64,000 nt of DNA, taken from Adineta vaga (taxonomy: Eukaryota > Animalia > Rotifera). The stretch is from the NCBI GenBank assembly GCA_021613535.1, contig CP075494.1, forward strand, positions 3,224,001 to 3,288,000. The letters run 5' to 3'. This document shows, in pieces, positions 49,876-61,564 of the stretch. The notes under the pieces are model-generated. The model ran no database searches. It was not told the origin of the DNA and worked only from the letters and a program-made list of their open reading frames with translations. Made by a program: the position numbers and the translations under genes. Positions within the stretch are counted from its first letter, which is position 1; every line of letters starts with the position of its first letter.

Positions 49876-50658
49876 GACAGTGTGTAGTTTTACAAAGTTC
49901 TCTTTATGAAAAAGACGAAAAATCAAAGGAAAGGCTGCATTATCAAAAATTTTTCTCGTGGAATTTTTCATCGTCGTATTATAAGGAATTAATCTATATA
50001 AAAATAAATATTGAAAATGGAACAAGAGATTGTTTTTTATAGTTATTCTGTAGTTTAACCCCCTTCTAATTTAATATTTTACTATATTTTTTTCCAATAA
50101 AAATTAAAGTAGAAATTATAAAGCAATTCGAAAATAGAGACATGTTCATTCTATATTAGTCGTGTTGATGCAATGATAAAAGTCCATCGAAACATTATGT
50201 CGAATAAATATTTTCTGTTAACAAAAATGATTTATAGTCACATCACTAATATATATTTATTTCTGACTCGAAGAAATTAAATACATAATTAATTTTGTTT
50301 TTTATCTAGAGAATCTGACGGAGAAGATCGTAGTTGCATACACACCTATATTTGCTTTAATTAAATAGAATATTAATAATGTTATTAGCAAAAATATCAT
50401 ATTGTCCTGGAATATTGTTATGGTCTGAATTCGTTTTTTTAAAATCTTATTACTCTCAATTAAAATCAATTGTTGATTTTTTGAAATGCGAATTTAATTG
50501 TTTTATCTTTATTCTTTTTTGTATATAGAGAAGAAAGAACTGTTCAATACTCACATGTTACTATAGGTCGGACGAGTACAAATATCACAAGAAAAAGTAT
50601 TGCACTTGACTTCTAAGCACAGAAATACAGTAGTTTGTCCTTTTATTTCAGACATATA

Positions 50659-51940
50659 CAGGGAATACCAAAATTATAGACCTCACACACACAAATACGA
50701 ATTACTTTTTTTTTGTAATTTTTATCTCTTCGAAACTAGTTCGATAAACGTATTTAATCGAGATAGCATCGCTCTAATTAAAATTATGTCGATTAAAGGA
50801 CAATTTGATAGAGTTTGAGAAGATAGCTATCGTTGTATCCCACTGTTATGTGGACTGTTCGCTAGAAGGTCGCAGAATTTTATGACTCGTTGGAGCGACG
50901 AATCCAATCTAATGGCACAGAAAGAGAAAGCGCACTAAGTTGTACTAGAACATGAACAAACAGTATAGGGAAAACATCTCTCAGAATAAAGATCTATAAC
51001 TCGGAAGATTAATTAATTACTAAACCTATGAAAAATTTACTCCCGTCGTCGGATTGCGCTGTAGTATCTCATGAAGAAGGAAACTGGAGTTTTTCTACTT
51101 TACTGAGATTCATAATCGAAGAGGTGACTGAAAAAGTGGATAGAGTTCACCGGAAACAGTGAATCAAATTTATATGAACAAAACTTGTATTACGTGCATA
51201 TGCATACATCTGTTGAAATTAGTTGATCTTAAAAGTTATGGATCTTCATTCTGAGAGATGTTTTCCCTGTACTGTTTGTTCATGTTCTAGTACAACTTAG
51301 TGCGCTTTCTCTTTCTGTGCCATTAGATTGGATTCGTCGCTCCAACGAGTCATAAAATTCTGCGACCTTCTAGCGAACAGTCCACATAACAGTGGGATAC
51401 AACGATAGCTATCTTCTCAAACTCTATCAAATTGTCCTTTAATCGACATAATTTTAATTAGAGCGATGCTATCTCGATTAAATACGTTTATCGAACTAGT
51501 TTCGAAGAGATAAAAATTACAAAAAAAGTATCCGTTAATTAAGATCTGTAGTAGGTGATAAGACATTGGTATACCTCTCGTAATAACGAGAATTTGCGTC
51601 ATAACTTTGACCAGCCATACCTCAGAGTGAGAGAAATAGATAGAATGTTATTTTTGTTTGAACAAAGTTCTAGAAAATCAATTGATGATCAATTCTAGAA
51701 AATCGAGAAATGTATTTTTCGTATAGGGAAGTCTATAATTATGGTCCAGCAAGTTTACACAAATTTGTACTTTGCTTATTCTACTATCAGCGAACGGAAA
51801 TAGGATATTAAGTTGGTAGATAGTAAGTGTGTACTCACACATTTTTATGCCATCGGCTGATCACCATCTCTTATTGCCGAAATAAAATAACGATATTCGT
51901 ATTTATGTATGTGAGAGGTCTATAATTTTCGCATACCCTG
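50659..51940. mobile_element. Tc1/mariner-type non-autonomous element (TA-CAGGG...CCCTG-TA)
   Basis: An imperfect TIR of about 45 bp: CAGGGAATACCAAAATTATAGACCTCACACAC... versus the reverse complement CAGGGTATGCGAAAATTATAGACCTCTCACAT... TA on both sides. Confidence 0.7.
50706..51528. repeat. Near-perfect inverted repeat with about 280-bp arms and a spacer of about 260 bp
   Basis: 50706-50987 is the reverse complement of 51248-51528 with about one mismatch. Confidence 0.95.
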
Positions 51941-52235
51941 TAATTCTCGAGGAGATGCTCTTCTATTATACGGTAATGATCTATGTTAGGTAGATACATG
52001 ACTTTAACCTGTTTGGAAGGACACAAAATTGTATGCGATAACTATGAAAGCGTTTCTTCATTAAGTCAAAAAATAAGTAACTGTTTTTATAAGTTAATCT
52101 ATGCCTGAAAAGAGAGGTGTCCATAAACGATTAGTTTCTTCACTTTAGTTTATTTATCCATTGATGATTATAGATCTCACAGTTATTTCTGATTCATATC
52201 CACATTCTGAATACGCAAATAATTAGTTAAACATC

Positions 52236-54956
52236 TCATTCATTAGTTTTTGAAACTATATCATTCACATTGAATTTGCTGATATATGCCAGCCATTTTT
52301 TACAAGCAATAGTTGTTGGATGGTCGTCTTGTAGTGTTTGTTCAGCGATGTTAACAGCTTGCTTTGCATGATATATAGCCTCATCTATCCTATTTAACGT
52401 CTCGCACAAGCCGCTTATATTGAGGTTCACCATGGCGACATCTGAATGAATCAATGATTTTTTCTCGAAAAGATCTATCGCTTTTTTATACATTGATAGA
52501 GCCTGTTCCAACTGACCTTTGTTTTCATATATCACAGCCATATTTGAATAGATACATGAGATATCACTATGTTCACATACTTCTGAATTAAGTTGAATAT
52601 CAAGTGCACGTTGATAAAATTTTAATGCCATGTCACAATTTTCTTTATTATGCCATATACTCGCAATTTGAATATAATTTTTTGCTAAGTCACAATGATT
52701 TGGTGGTAGATATTCCAAAGTAATTTCTAGAGATTTATTCACAAGATGCAATGCTAAGTCAGCATTTTTCTGCTCATATTTTGAACAAATTTGACTAATA
52801 TTTGCTAAGATCGTCGCATGCATAGCTTTACATTTAGGCTGAGTAGAACCATGATCGCAAATAATTGCATAAGCTTTTTGATACATGATGAGAGATATCT
52901 CATAATTACCCTTATCTATCCAAACATGACCTAGATTATTATACACTGTGGCTAAGTTAAGTTTTAAAGGCATGTTTCTATAAATGGATAGAGCACGTTC
53001 ATAATCATCAAGTGCCTTTTCCAAACGACCCGAATCGTGATGAATTGATGCCCGAGCACTATATAATGCTCCTAAACGTGGATGATCGTTAGGCAATGCT
53101 TTCAATTGCAATTTCAATGCTTTTTCGATGTAATTTCGTGCTTCTTCAATATAACCTTTTTTTTGATAAGTTAGTGCTATATATTGATGCGTGCAAGGTA
53201 TATAACTGTGTAAATGTGGCAAATATTGCTCTTTAATAGAAAGTGCCCGCTTAAAATACAAAAGTGCATCATCATATCGACCTGCAGAATCGAGTGCTAA
53301 CCCAATTTTATCATAGCATGATGCCAATCTAGCTTTGTCACAAGGTATTATTGACTCACTAGCAACCAAGCCCATCACACGCTGTTCAAGTATGTCTGAT
53401 TCCATATTCATACTGCATAGTAAATCGACGAAATTTGACCATACAATCAAAAAGTACTGTTCAATATCCTTCTCTACAAACGTGTCGAAAGCCTTTCCAT
53501 AAGCCAATGCTGCCTCGATATATTTGTCACGTTCATAATAGATTAAGCCTAAGTTATTGTAAATTTTCCCAATATCAATATGATCATCTGGTAATTCGTT
53601 TAGTAACATATTGTAGTAGTATTCGGCTTTGTTAAATTCACCCATATCGTAAAGAAAATCACCGAATGTTAATAGAAGTGAATCTTCGCTGATATCTCTT
53701 TTTAAGTAACTTATCAATTCGATGATTTCTTTGTTTTCTTCTTGTTGCATTTTTAGGCGAACATAATACATCGTATCATATTCTTCGATACTTCCGATTT
53801 GAAATATTGTTCCAATGGATAATAGAACTTCGTTTTCTCCCTCCTTGGTACTGTCAACAATCTCAGTAAATGGACGCTGAATTGTTTGGTCAGCTGTAGC
53901 ATTCTGTTGAATGTCAATATCTATGTATGAAATAATGAAATAAAAACAAAATCGAAATGAACTATGAGTTGTACAAATATCGAAAACGGAGATTCATCTC
54001 TCTAAATCGCATGTGATTTCATCTAGCTCCTAAAGTTATTAACAGATCTGTCGCCTACAAAATCTCCACCTATAAATGAATTCCATGATTGCAATAGTTC
54101 ATTTGGTATGAATCTATTTCTTCATCATAGACTGGTTAAATCATGTTATTTGTGCGAGAAATGATTTCATCACATATTCGCTTGCATACAGACCAAATCC
54201 CTCGACTATGATGTTCGCAATATTCGTAAGATAATGTAAATGTTCTATCAATGTCTGATTTCACGCTTGCATGCATACACTCTTTTGCTTTTTGGAAAAA
54301 ATATACTTGCCTATTTCGAAAAGAACATGTACTTCGTCCGGATTTGGAAGATCATGGACGCCTCCAAATTCAGCAGCCACTGCACAATTTTTGGATGTTG
54401 ACAAAAATCCATTGAATGCAATAAGACCACCATTCTCATTTCTTTTGATTTTATCAAAATCTTGTTTAGACATTGTTTGACCACGAAACACTGTGAGAAT
54501 ACTTTCGTTTGGATTATTTATCAATACTCGAAGATATTTCTCATGTTCGATCATCAGTTCTTGATACAATTCATGAATAAAAAATCGAAATTTGAATAGA
54601 ATATCAATGTTTTCTGTGCGAAATGCTTTATTGAAAAGACGATACAAGAATGAGTCACATGTATACCATTGCAGCGCTGTTAACTTGCTTTTAGGATAAT
54701 TCATGGCAAAATCATCAATTTTTCTCAATTCGATCGAATCGTTTATGTAAAATTGACGACATTCTTTGAGCATTTCTTCCATTGTTTTTTCTATTGGTGA
54801 CATTTTAATCAGTACGTCAATAAGCAAATGAGCCCATACAAACTTGACATTTTCACAGCTTAGTTCACGAACACTTTGTTGACCAGTATGAAGGGTAAAT
54901 AAACTAATACCTACTTGATCGTCTATACTAGTACAGTTCATGCCTTGGTCAGACAT
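52236..54956 (-). CDS. Arg-type ADP-ribosyltransferase + long TPR protein with a GC-AG intron at 53921-54310
   Basis: WYTCDSFLYRLFNKAFR, FRGQ, FLSTS, LFEI|DIDI...EGENEVL and about 10 TPRs. The splice G|GCAAGT...CATAG| restores the frame. Confidence 0.85.
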
Positions 54957-56178
54957 ATTTGTTTGTGACTAAAACAAAAATTTACAAATCATAGTGATTA
55001 TCATTTTTTTAAGTTTGAGCAATCAGTAGTTATTTGGCATTTGATAAATATTTTATCCCAAAATCAAGAAAAAAAGAAATAGAAAATCCGTTGATATAAA
55101 TCGTTCTCTTCTGCGCATCCTCATGTTATACAGTTATAGTCTAGTTGATTGAATAGACGTTACGAAAAGCATACATACACAGACGATTCGATGATCTATC
55201 TAAAGCTTTTTAAAATGTAAATGAAATTGATTTAGGTTGGTTTTTTCCAAGTTTGTGAAAATAAACATTGTCATTAATTATGCATGTTTTATCTTCACCT
55301 TTTTCAAATCTGATTGTAAAGAAAAATACAGTCGACAATCTTGTTTGACAACGCCTTTTTCTTTCCCGTCCATGTGAGCGAACAAATATGATATTCGTTC
55401 GCTATATCGATTATATGTATGGTGTATGGTATTTTTCCTTTTTCTTTCCTTTCGAATATTCTTTTTCTCCTATCCTTTGATATATTCCTTAATCGTACTA
55501 TAATATGTTCTGTTCAAGTATATCTTCTTGCACAAGTGCGAACTTAACAATCGTCCTTTATCTTTTTCTTGTATATATACTTTTATGATTTCCGTGAATA
55601 ATTATCATAGATATTACAAATTTTTCGTAGATCATTAACCTCATCAAATAAAACCGATGACACTCTGCCATCGTCAATACTAACGTATTGTTTCTTGAAG
55701 TCGATCGAGTGGGTGTGCTGTACTTTATCGTAATGTTTCACATTTATATTCTCTTTCTATCAGACTTATGTGATGCACTTCTATGTGCTCCTTCTGTCAC
55801 CTAAAATTTCGGTACTACTTGCCGCAGATTAGAATCGAAATTTTGTAGTTATCTATGGTTTTAGATCGTCAATTTATAAAAAATAATATTGATCAAAGAA
55901 ACATTTACTAAAAAACAAAATAGAATTTAAGAAGTTGTATACGTAGAAAACTAATAGATCATTAAACAGGAGTGAAAGATATTTTTAGTGTTAGAAAAGT
56001 CTTTAAGCAAAATTTCTAAGAGAATTTAATGTAATATATGATAGAATTAGTTCGGCAAGGGGCGAACACTTGTTATCAATACTTAACAAAAAAGCTGTGG
56101 GAAAGAAACCCTATGTTTTTTTCTTCAGGAAACTAATCAGACAGCAGTTGCAAGACTATAAACGACTGCCTATATTGA

Positions 56179-56233
56179 TCTTGAGGGTGTGGGTCTGTGT
56201 GACGTTAGAGCTTTGGCAGCCACATCCTCATGA
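56179..56233. repeat. Telomere-like mini-hairpin copy
   Basis: TCTTGAGGGTGTGGGT ... AGCCACATCCTCATGA. Confidence 0.7.
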
Positions 56234-56577
56234 CGCAGAACGAGACAATCAATCTTATCAATTGCCTAAATCAATTCCTATTGATCCCACGGTACAATTC
56301 TCAGGAAATACACGTGTCCGAAGTGATCATGATACGAAATATTGTATGAACGAATTACTACCCTTTCTCATGGATAAACATACATTTTCGACACGTCAAT
56401 GTGCTCGACAATTTCAATATTTTAAAAATAAACAGGATTGTATCTTACCAAATGCTAACATTAATCTATAGAATGCAAAAATCATTGCTTTTTGCAAGCC
56501 ATCCTCTGTAGAATATAAAAATCTTATTGAAATATTTCTATTCTAGTACTAGAATACTGTTCGACACCATTGTATCG

Positions 56578-56890
56578 ACTAATAGAAGCGCTCTGTATTA
56601 CGCATAAACCCCCTATAATAGAAGCCCCTTCCATATTAGAGGGCCCCTTATCAGAAGCCCTCTCAGTCGGGAGCATGATGAAAAACATATTAGAAGCTCT
56701 CCATTTTTAAAAAGTTTTCGCGAATTTTTTGCGGTATTTTTAGCGAAAAACAACCGAAAACTATGGTTTTCCGATAAAACTTTGATTTATTTCCTTAGTA
56801 TCCAACGTAAAAATCTCAAAACTCCTGAAAATTTTTTAAAAACCGAAAACCTCTAAAAACTTAAGGATTTAATAGAAGCTCCCTTTGAAA
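56578..56890. mobile_element. Truncated MITE end with TAGAAGCCC subterminal repeats
   Basis: About 6 copies of (A)TAGAAGC(C/T)C. No partner TIR. Confidence 0.45.
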
Positions 56891-56915
56891 AATTTCTATG
56901 ATGGACATATTAGTA

Positions 56916-56966
56916 TGAGGGTGTGGTTATGAGTATTAGTCTATCGAATATTCGCACCCACACCCT
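56916..56966. repeat. Telomere-like mini-hairpin copy abutting the NHL fragment
   Basis: TGAGGGTGTGG ... CACCCACACCCT. Confidence 0.7.
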
Positions 56967-56968
56967 TT

Positions 56969-57420
56969 TATAACCAGCGAGTATTGAAATGGGTTGTAAA
57001 TGGCAATTCCGGGATATTGGTAGCCGGTGGTGGGGGTTCAGGAAATAGTTCCAATCAATTGTCAGATGCACATGGCTTATATGTGGACACAGTAAATGAC
57101 GTCGTATACGTAGCAGACACAGGTAATCATCGTATCCAAAAATATACTAGTGCATCAGTGAGTGGAATCACCGTGTTTGGTGCCGCTTCTCGAGCAACTG
57201 CCTCTCCTGTATTGAGGAAGATCCACCAGCCTCAATCAGTATTTGTCGACAAAATTGGTAACATTTTAGTGGGTGATTGGACACGAATTCCCAAGTGGAC
57301 ATCGAATGAATCCATCGTCGGCGTTCGCATTGGACAAAACAGGAAATCTGTATGCCCTTGACTGGATAAACCAACGATTGCTTAAATTCAATGTCATTTC
57401 CAAACAGTGTCCCACTTAGC
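56969..57420 (+). pseudogene. 5'-truncated NHL-repeat protein fragment
   Basis: YNQRVLKW...VAGGGGSG...QL..AHGLYVD...VYVADTGNHRIQKY. Frameshift near 57310. No start codon or splice acceptor. Confidence 0.75.
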
Positions 57421-58242
57421 TATGCACCAATATCAAAACTCTTGGCTTTGAGTATTATTGGTTTTAAGATACATAAAAAACAGTCTTGAAAGGATAAATC
57501 CATAATGCTTTCCTTTGAAGTTTATTATATGTTTTCTCTCTAAATAAGCTTTTCATGCAGTACTATTATCCATTTCAAAATAAAAGACTTGACTATTTTT
57601 TAAATAACTTTATCATAATGATAGCTAGCAAGCCCGAGTTTTTTTCTTTCGAAAGACCGCACATGGACGCATTTATGCATATAAAATTCAATAGGGTATC
57701 TTGACGATGAAACAGTGAGGTATGGTTATCTTCTAAGATGTACCGAAAACCTTATGAAGTGGAATGATTTTTTTATTTTGACCAGTGGAAAATGACCACT
57801 GATTCGAGATTTATTCATCAACACAACGCCCAATTTCTAGGTGAATCCCGCCAGAACTTATAGTCAATTTAGTCAGAAGCTGCGATCGATTTATATTGGT
57901 AGATTTTTATGAAATATGCTGTGCGTAATTATAGCAATAGCAACCATTATATATTTTACAATATTTATTTATTCAGCAATATGATAATGGAGTACCGTGA
58001 TTTTAAATATTTATGCCATAAACATAAAACGTATTGATTATATTATATTACAAATAGGACAGTCATGACTATAGATTTTGTGTCGTGTTTTTAGAAACAA
58101 AATGCTTTTATTGGTCTATATCATCAACCAATAGAATTTGCTTGTCAACAAATTGTCCAGCAAAGAAAAATATATCATGAAATACGTCTCTCTACCTCCA
58201 TCATTTGCTTTCACGTAAACGATCTATTAACATTTTTATTCT

Positions 58243-59499
58243 ATGGCTAGTGAAGTTCTCCACCTTCAAATTGGATCAGAAGGCATTGAAATTGGAAATT
58301 ATTGCTGGGAATTATAGTGTCTTGAACATAATTTATCTACTGATGGATGTTTAGAAAGTGATTCAAATTCAGATATTAATCCTCCTCGATGCTTTTTCTC
58401 TGAACGAAATGATTATAAGAAGAAAAACTACCGTTCACATACATTTTTTATTGATCATAATTCAACTGCAATTGATAAAGTGAAAACAAGTAAAATGAAA
58501 AACTTGTATAATGATAATCAATTTCTTGTATTAGTAAATTCTTCTGACTCAATTATGGATAAAATTCGACATGAAATAGAATCTTATGATAAGTTTCAAG
58601 GTTTTATCTTTTCGCATTCAACAAATGAAGAATGTTCAAATTTATCATCAAAACTTTTAATAAATCTTAAATCTGAATATTCAAATAAAACAATTTTATC
58701 AAATTCAATATTTGGATCATATATTGATACTCATAATATGTATCATCTATTGAATTATGCTGATGTTATTATACCTATGGAATACATAGCTATTTTGAAT
58801 ATATGTAAACATCAATTAGAAATCGAAATACCAACCGATGTTAATGTAAACAAACTTATTGCTATGTGTTGGAGTAATATAACATGTTCAATGAGATTTG
58901 ATGGATGTTTATTACATGATCTAAATGAATTTGAAACAAGATTAATACCTATTCCTTCATTAAAACTAATTTCATCTTATTTATCTCCATTAATTCCATA
59001 TGCATGTAGTCAACATAATGATTTTAAATCTCCATCAGTGTATGATATGTGTATACCATCATTCATTCAATCAACTACTCGTTTTATTAATCAAATCAAT
59101 TCGACTTCATATCGATTATTGTTAACGCTTTGTTTACTTTTTCGTGGTGAAAATATCATTCCAAAAGAAATTGGACAACAATTGATTTGTGATATGAAAA
59201 AATGGATTCGATTTTCTCATCGTAGTCCGTCAGGAATAGTCTGTGGAATTAATTATCATCGTCCATATATATATCATGATCAATCAGATATTTCTCTTAC
59301 TGATAAACAAGTTTTAATGTTAACAAATGAAATAACAACATCAAAATATTTATATGAAATAATTTCAAATCAATCTGACAATATTTCAAAAGCGAGTGAA
59401 GAAAAAAGCGAAGTTTTACAACGTCTAAAAACAAATTATGAAGAATTTGAAAACGAAATGCTCGACGACAATCAATCAGATTTAACAGAAAAAAATTAA
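58243..59499 (+). pseudogene. Highly divergent alpha-tubulin-like gene with an in-frame TAG at 58315
   Basis: MASEVLHLQIGSEGIEIGNYCWEL*CLEH, FQGFIFSHS, ITCSMRFDG.L..DLNEFETRLIP.P, CLLFRG..IPKE and CGINY. Confidence 0.8.
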
Positions 59500-59545
59500 C
59501 TTCGAGAAGTAGATGAACTAAATTTTTCTTCAGCATTTTCAGGAT

Positions 59546-59590
59546 AGGATGTGGGCGTGGGTTAAAAAGATTTACCCACACCTTCAAGAT
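59546..59590. repeat. Telomere-like mini-hairpin copy
   Basis: GGATGTGGGCGTGGGTT ... TACCCACACCTTCAAGAT. Confidence 0.65.
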
Positions 59591-61564
59591 TATCAACGAT
59601 GCTCTCACGAATCTGGCACTCAAAACCAGTTTGGAGAAAGACGTGTGTAAGGCGTGAGACATACGGTGGAATCATCCACATGTTATTTCACAATATACAC
59701 AAAATGCATCTTCGAGATAAGAAAAAAAACTATTCTCCTCGCTAACAAGAAGAGAAAAAACGCTCAAAGTTATTAATATCTCCATAAACGAAGTTTAACC
59801 GAAGCCATGCTCAAAGGAAAACACATTCATAAAATGCAATATATTCTAACCGAGAAATCGCATTTCGAGACCCATTAGAACTAACTCGTCACGAGAATTA
59901 ATACGTTAAATTTTATATGCTATCAATAGTCAAAGAAATATTAAAAAAGATATTTTATTTGTTCGTCTATTCTTCTTTAAATGATATGGAATCCTGGCAA
60001 TATTCGACTGTTTTATTTAAACAATATTGTACTTTAAAATGAAATATTTTTTGGATTTATAAATAATACTCAACGGAATAATGACGTAGTTAATTGTCTT
60101 CTTAGCATAAATGTGAAGCTAATTTATTTCTTGATTTGATTTATTTAGAATATAATATAATAACAACGAGATACTATATTAAAGAAAAAATTTTAAATTT
60201 TGTATTCTGAGGACACTTCATTCAAGAGTCGTTTTGCATGTAGTTCAGTATAAACTTTTCTTTTTTTCTGTTCCCAGAATAACCTTTTATCATAACAACA
60301 GAAGAGAATATTCCAGAGAAGCATTTATACGGTTTGTTGATCAAGTGAAATTACAATCTCAAGTGGTAATGAAATATTTCTACAAAATTATGTTAGAGAT
60401 AACGCAGAAATATTTATATATTGAGAACCTGTAACCTTTCTTTCTTTACATACGTCGAGTAAAATATCACACTGGAAAATGTGAGTTACTAATCGTAAGA
60501 AGTTTCACAGTTCTTCACCGAATGTTTTTTCGTATAGAATAAGAAGAAAATAGTTTTGATCTCTGTTGACAAAGGTTTTTCTTTAAAGTTCCGCCATTTG
60601 TTACTCAATTCTTGTGAATAAGTTTCTTAAATTAAGAAATGAACTCTTAATAAAGCTGCAATGTATCCGTAAGTTGTTTTACAAACCGATCATAGTTCGG
60701 GGTGCTGTTCTCTACACCTTGAATAGTTTCAAAGCTTATAGCAGTGAGGAATGACTGTGAATAACTAGATATGTCCGAATAAAGTTTTCCGATTTGCCTA
60801 AACTCATAACAGTTACGTGAACCATCGAGAGATTCTGTATCTTCTCTGCAAAATCATTGAGAGTTTCATATGTCAATGAAGGGTCTCACCTAGTATCTGT
60901 CAAACGCTCATCGATTCTGGAGGTTCTCGAAAGGCTTCGTAGTTCCCTTTGTTTTCTATTGCGATGGAAACGTGTCACAATCGTTAAAAAATAGGCAACA
61001 TGGGTCGTTTGCCATGATTTAATGTGGCAAAGTTGTGTTTATAACAACTCCAAACATTTTACAGCTTCATAGAAAACAATCTTGCGTTAGTGAAACAATA
61101 TTTACTTTCTGTTGTTCCATATAAATCCTTTGTAACAGAATCTAAAACGTGACTGATCCGAACGGTGCTTTTCTCTTGAACACGGATTCGATCGCGATAG
61201 AGACGGATATCACTGTTTAAAAGCGGAATAGGGACTATGGAATCCAGAGGGAATATTTTACCATGGTTGACGATCAGGTGAGTTTTATTCGCAGAAGGTG
61301 ATATTGACACCGAAATACCGAGCTAACATTTTGTCGGGATCAGGAGGGAAAAATCTTGTCCAGTCGGACTCTATTTTTCAAATGTCGTACTACATCTTAT
61401 TTGTTGAGTATAATCCTTCACTATTTGAGTTAAATATTAACAGTATATCTTCTACTAACATTTTTTCTTAGTAGAATATTTATTCATTTTAGAACAAAAT
61501 ATTTCTGTTACTGTTTGACTTGCTAAGTTTAAATTAGCTTTTTTAGAAAGATTTATTCAAGATA

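Noticed and set aside
50600-51602. Two ORFs with identical C-termini as duplicated genes
   Set aside because: They are chance reading frames across the two arms of the inverted repeat.
40781-58317. Alternative genetic code or stop-codon readthrough to explain the in-frame stops
   Set aside because: All three stop types occur as lesions and replace different residues, and intact genes end normally in TAA, TAG and TGA.
60230-61380. Degraded coding-like or TE-like sequence
   Set aside because: Only short open stretches with many stops and no family I can recognise.
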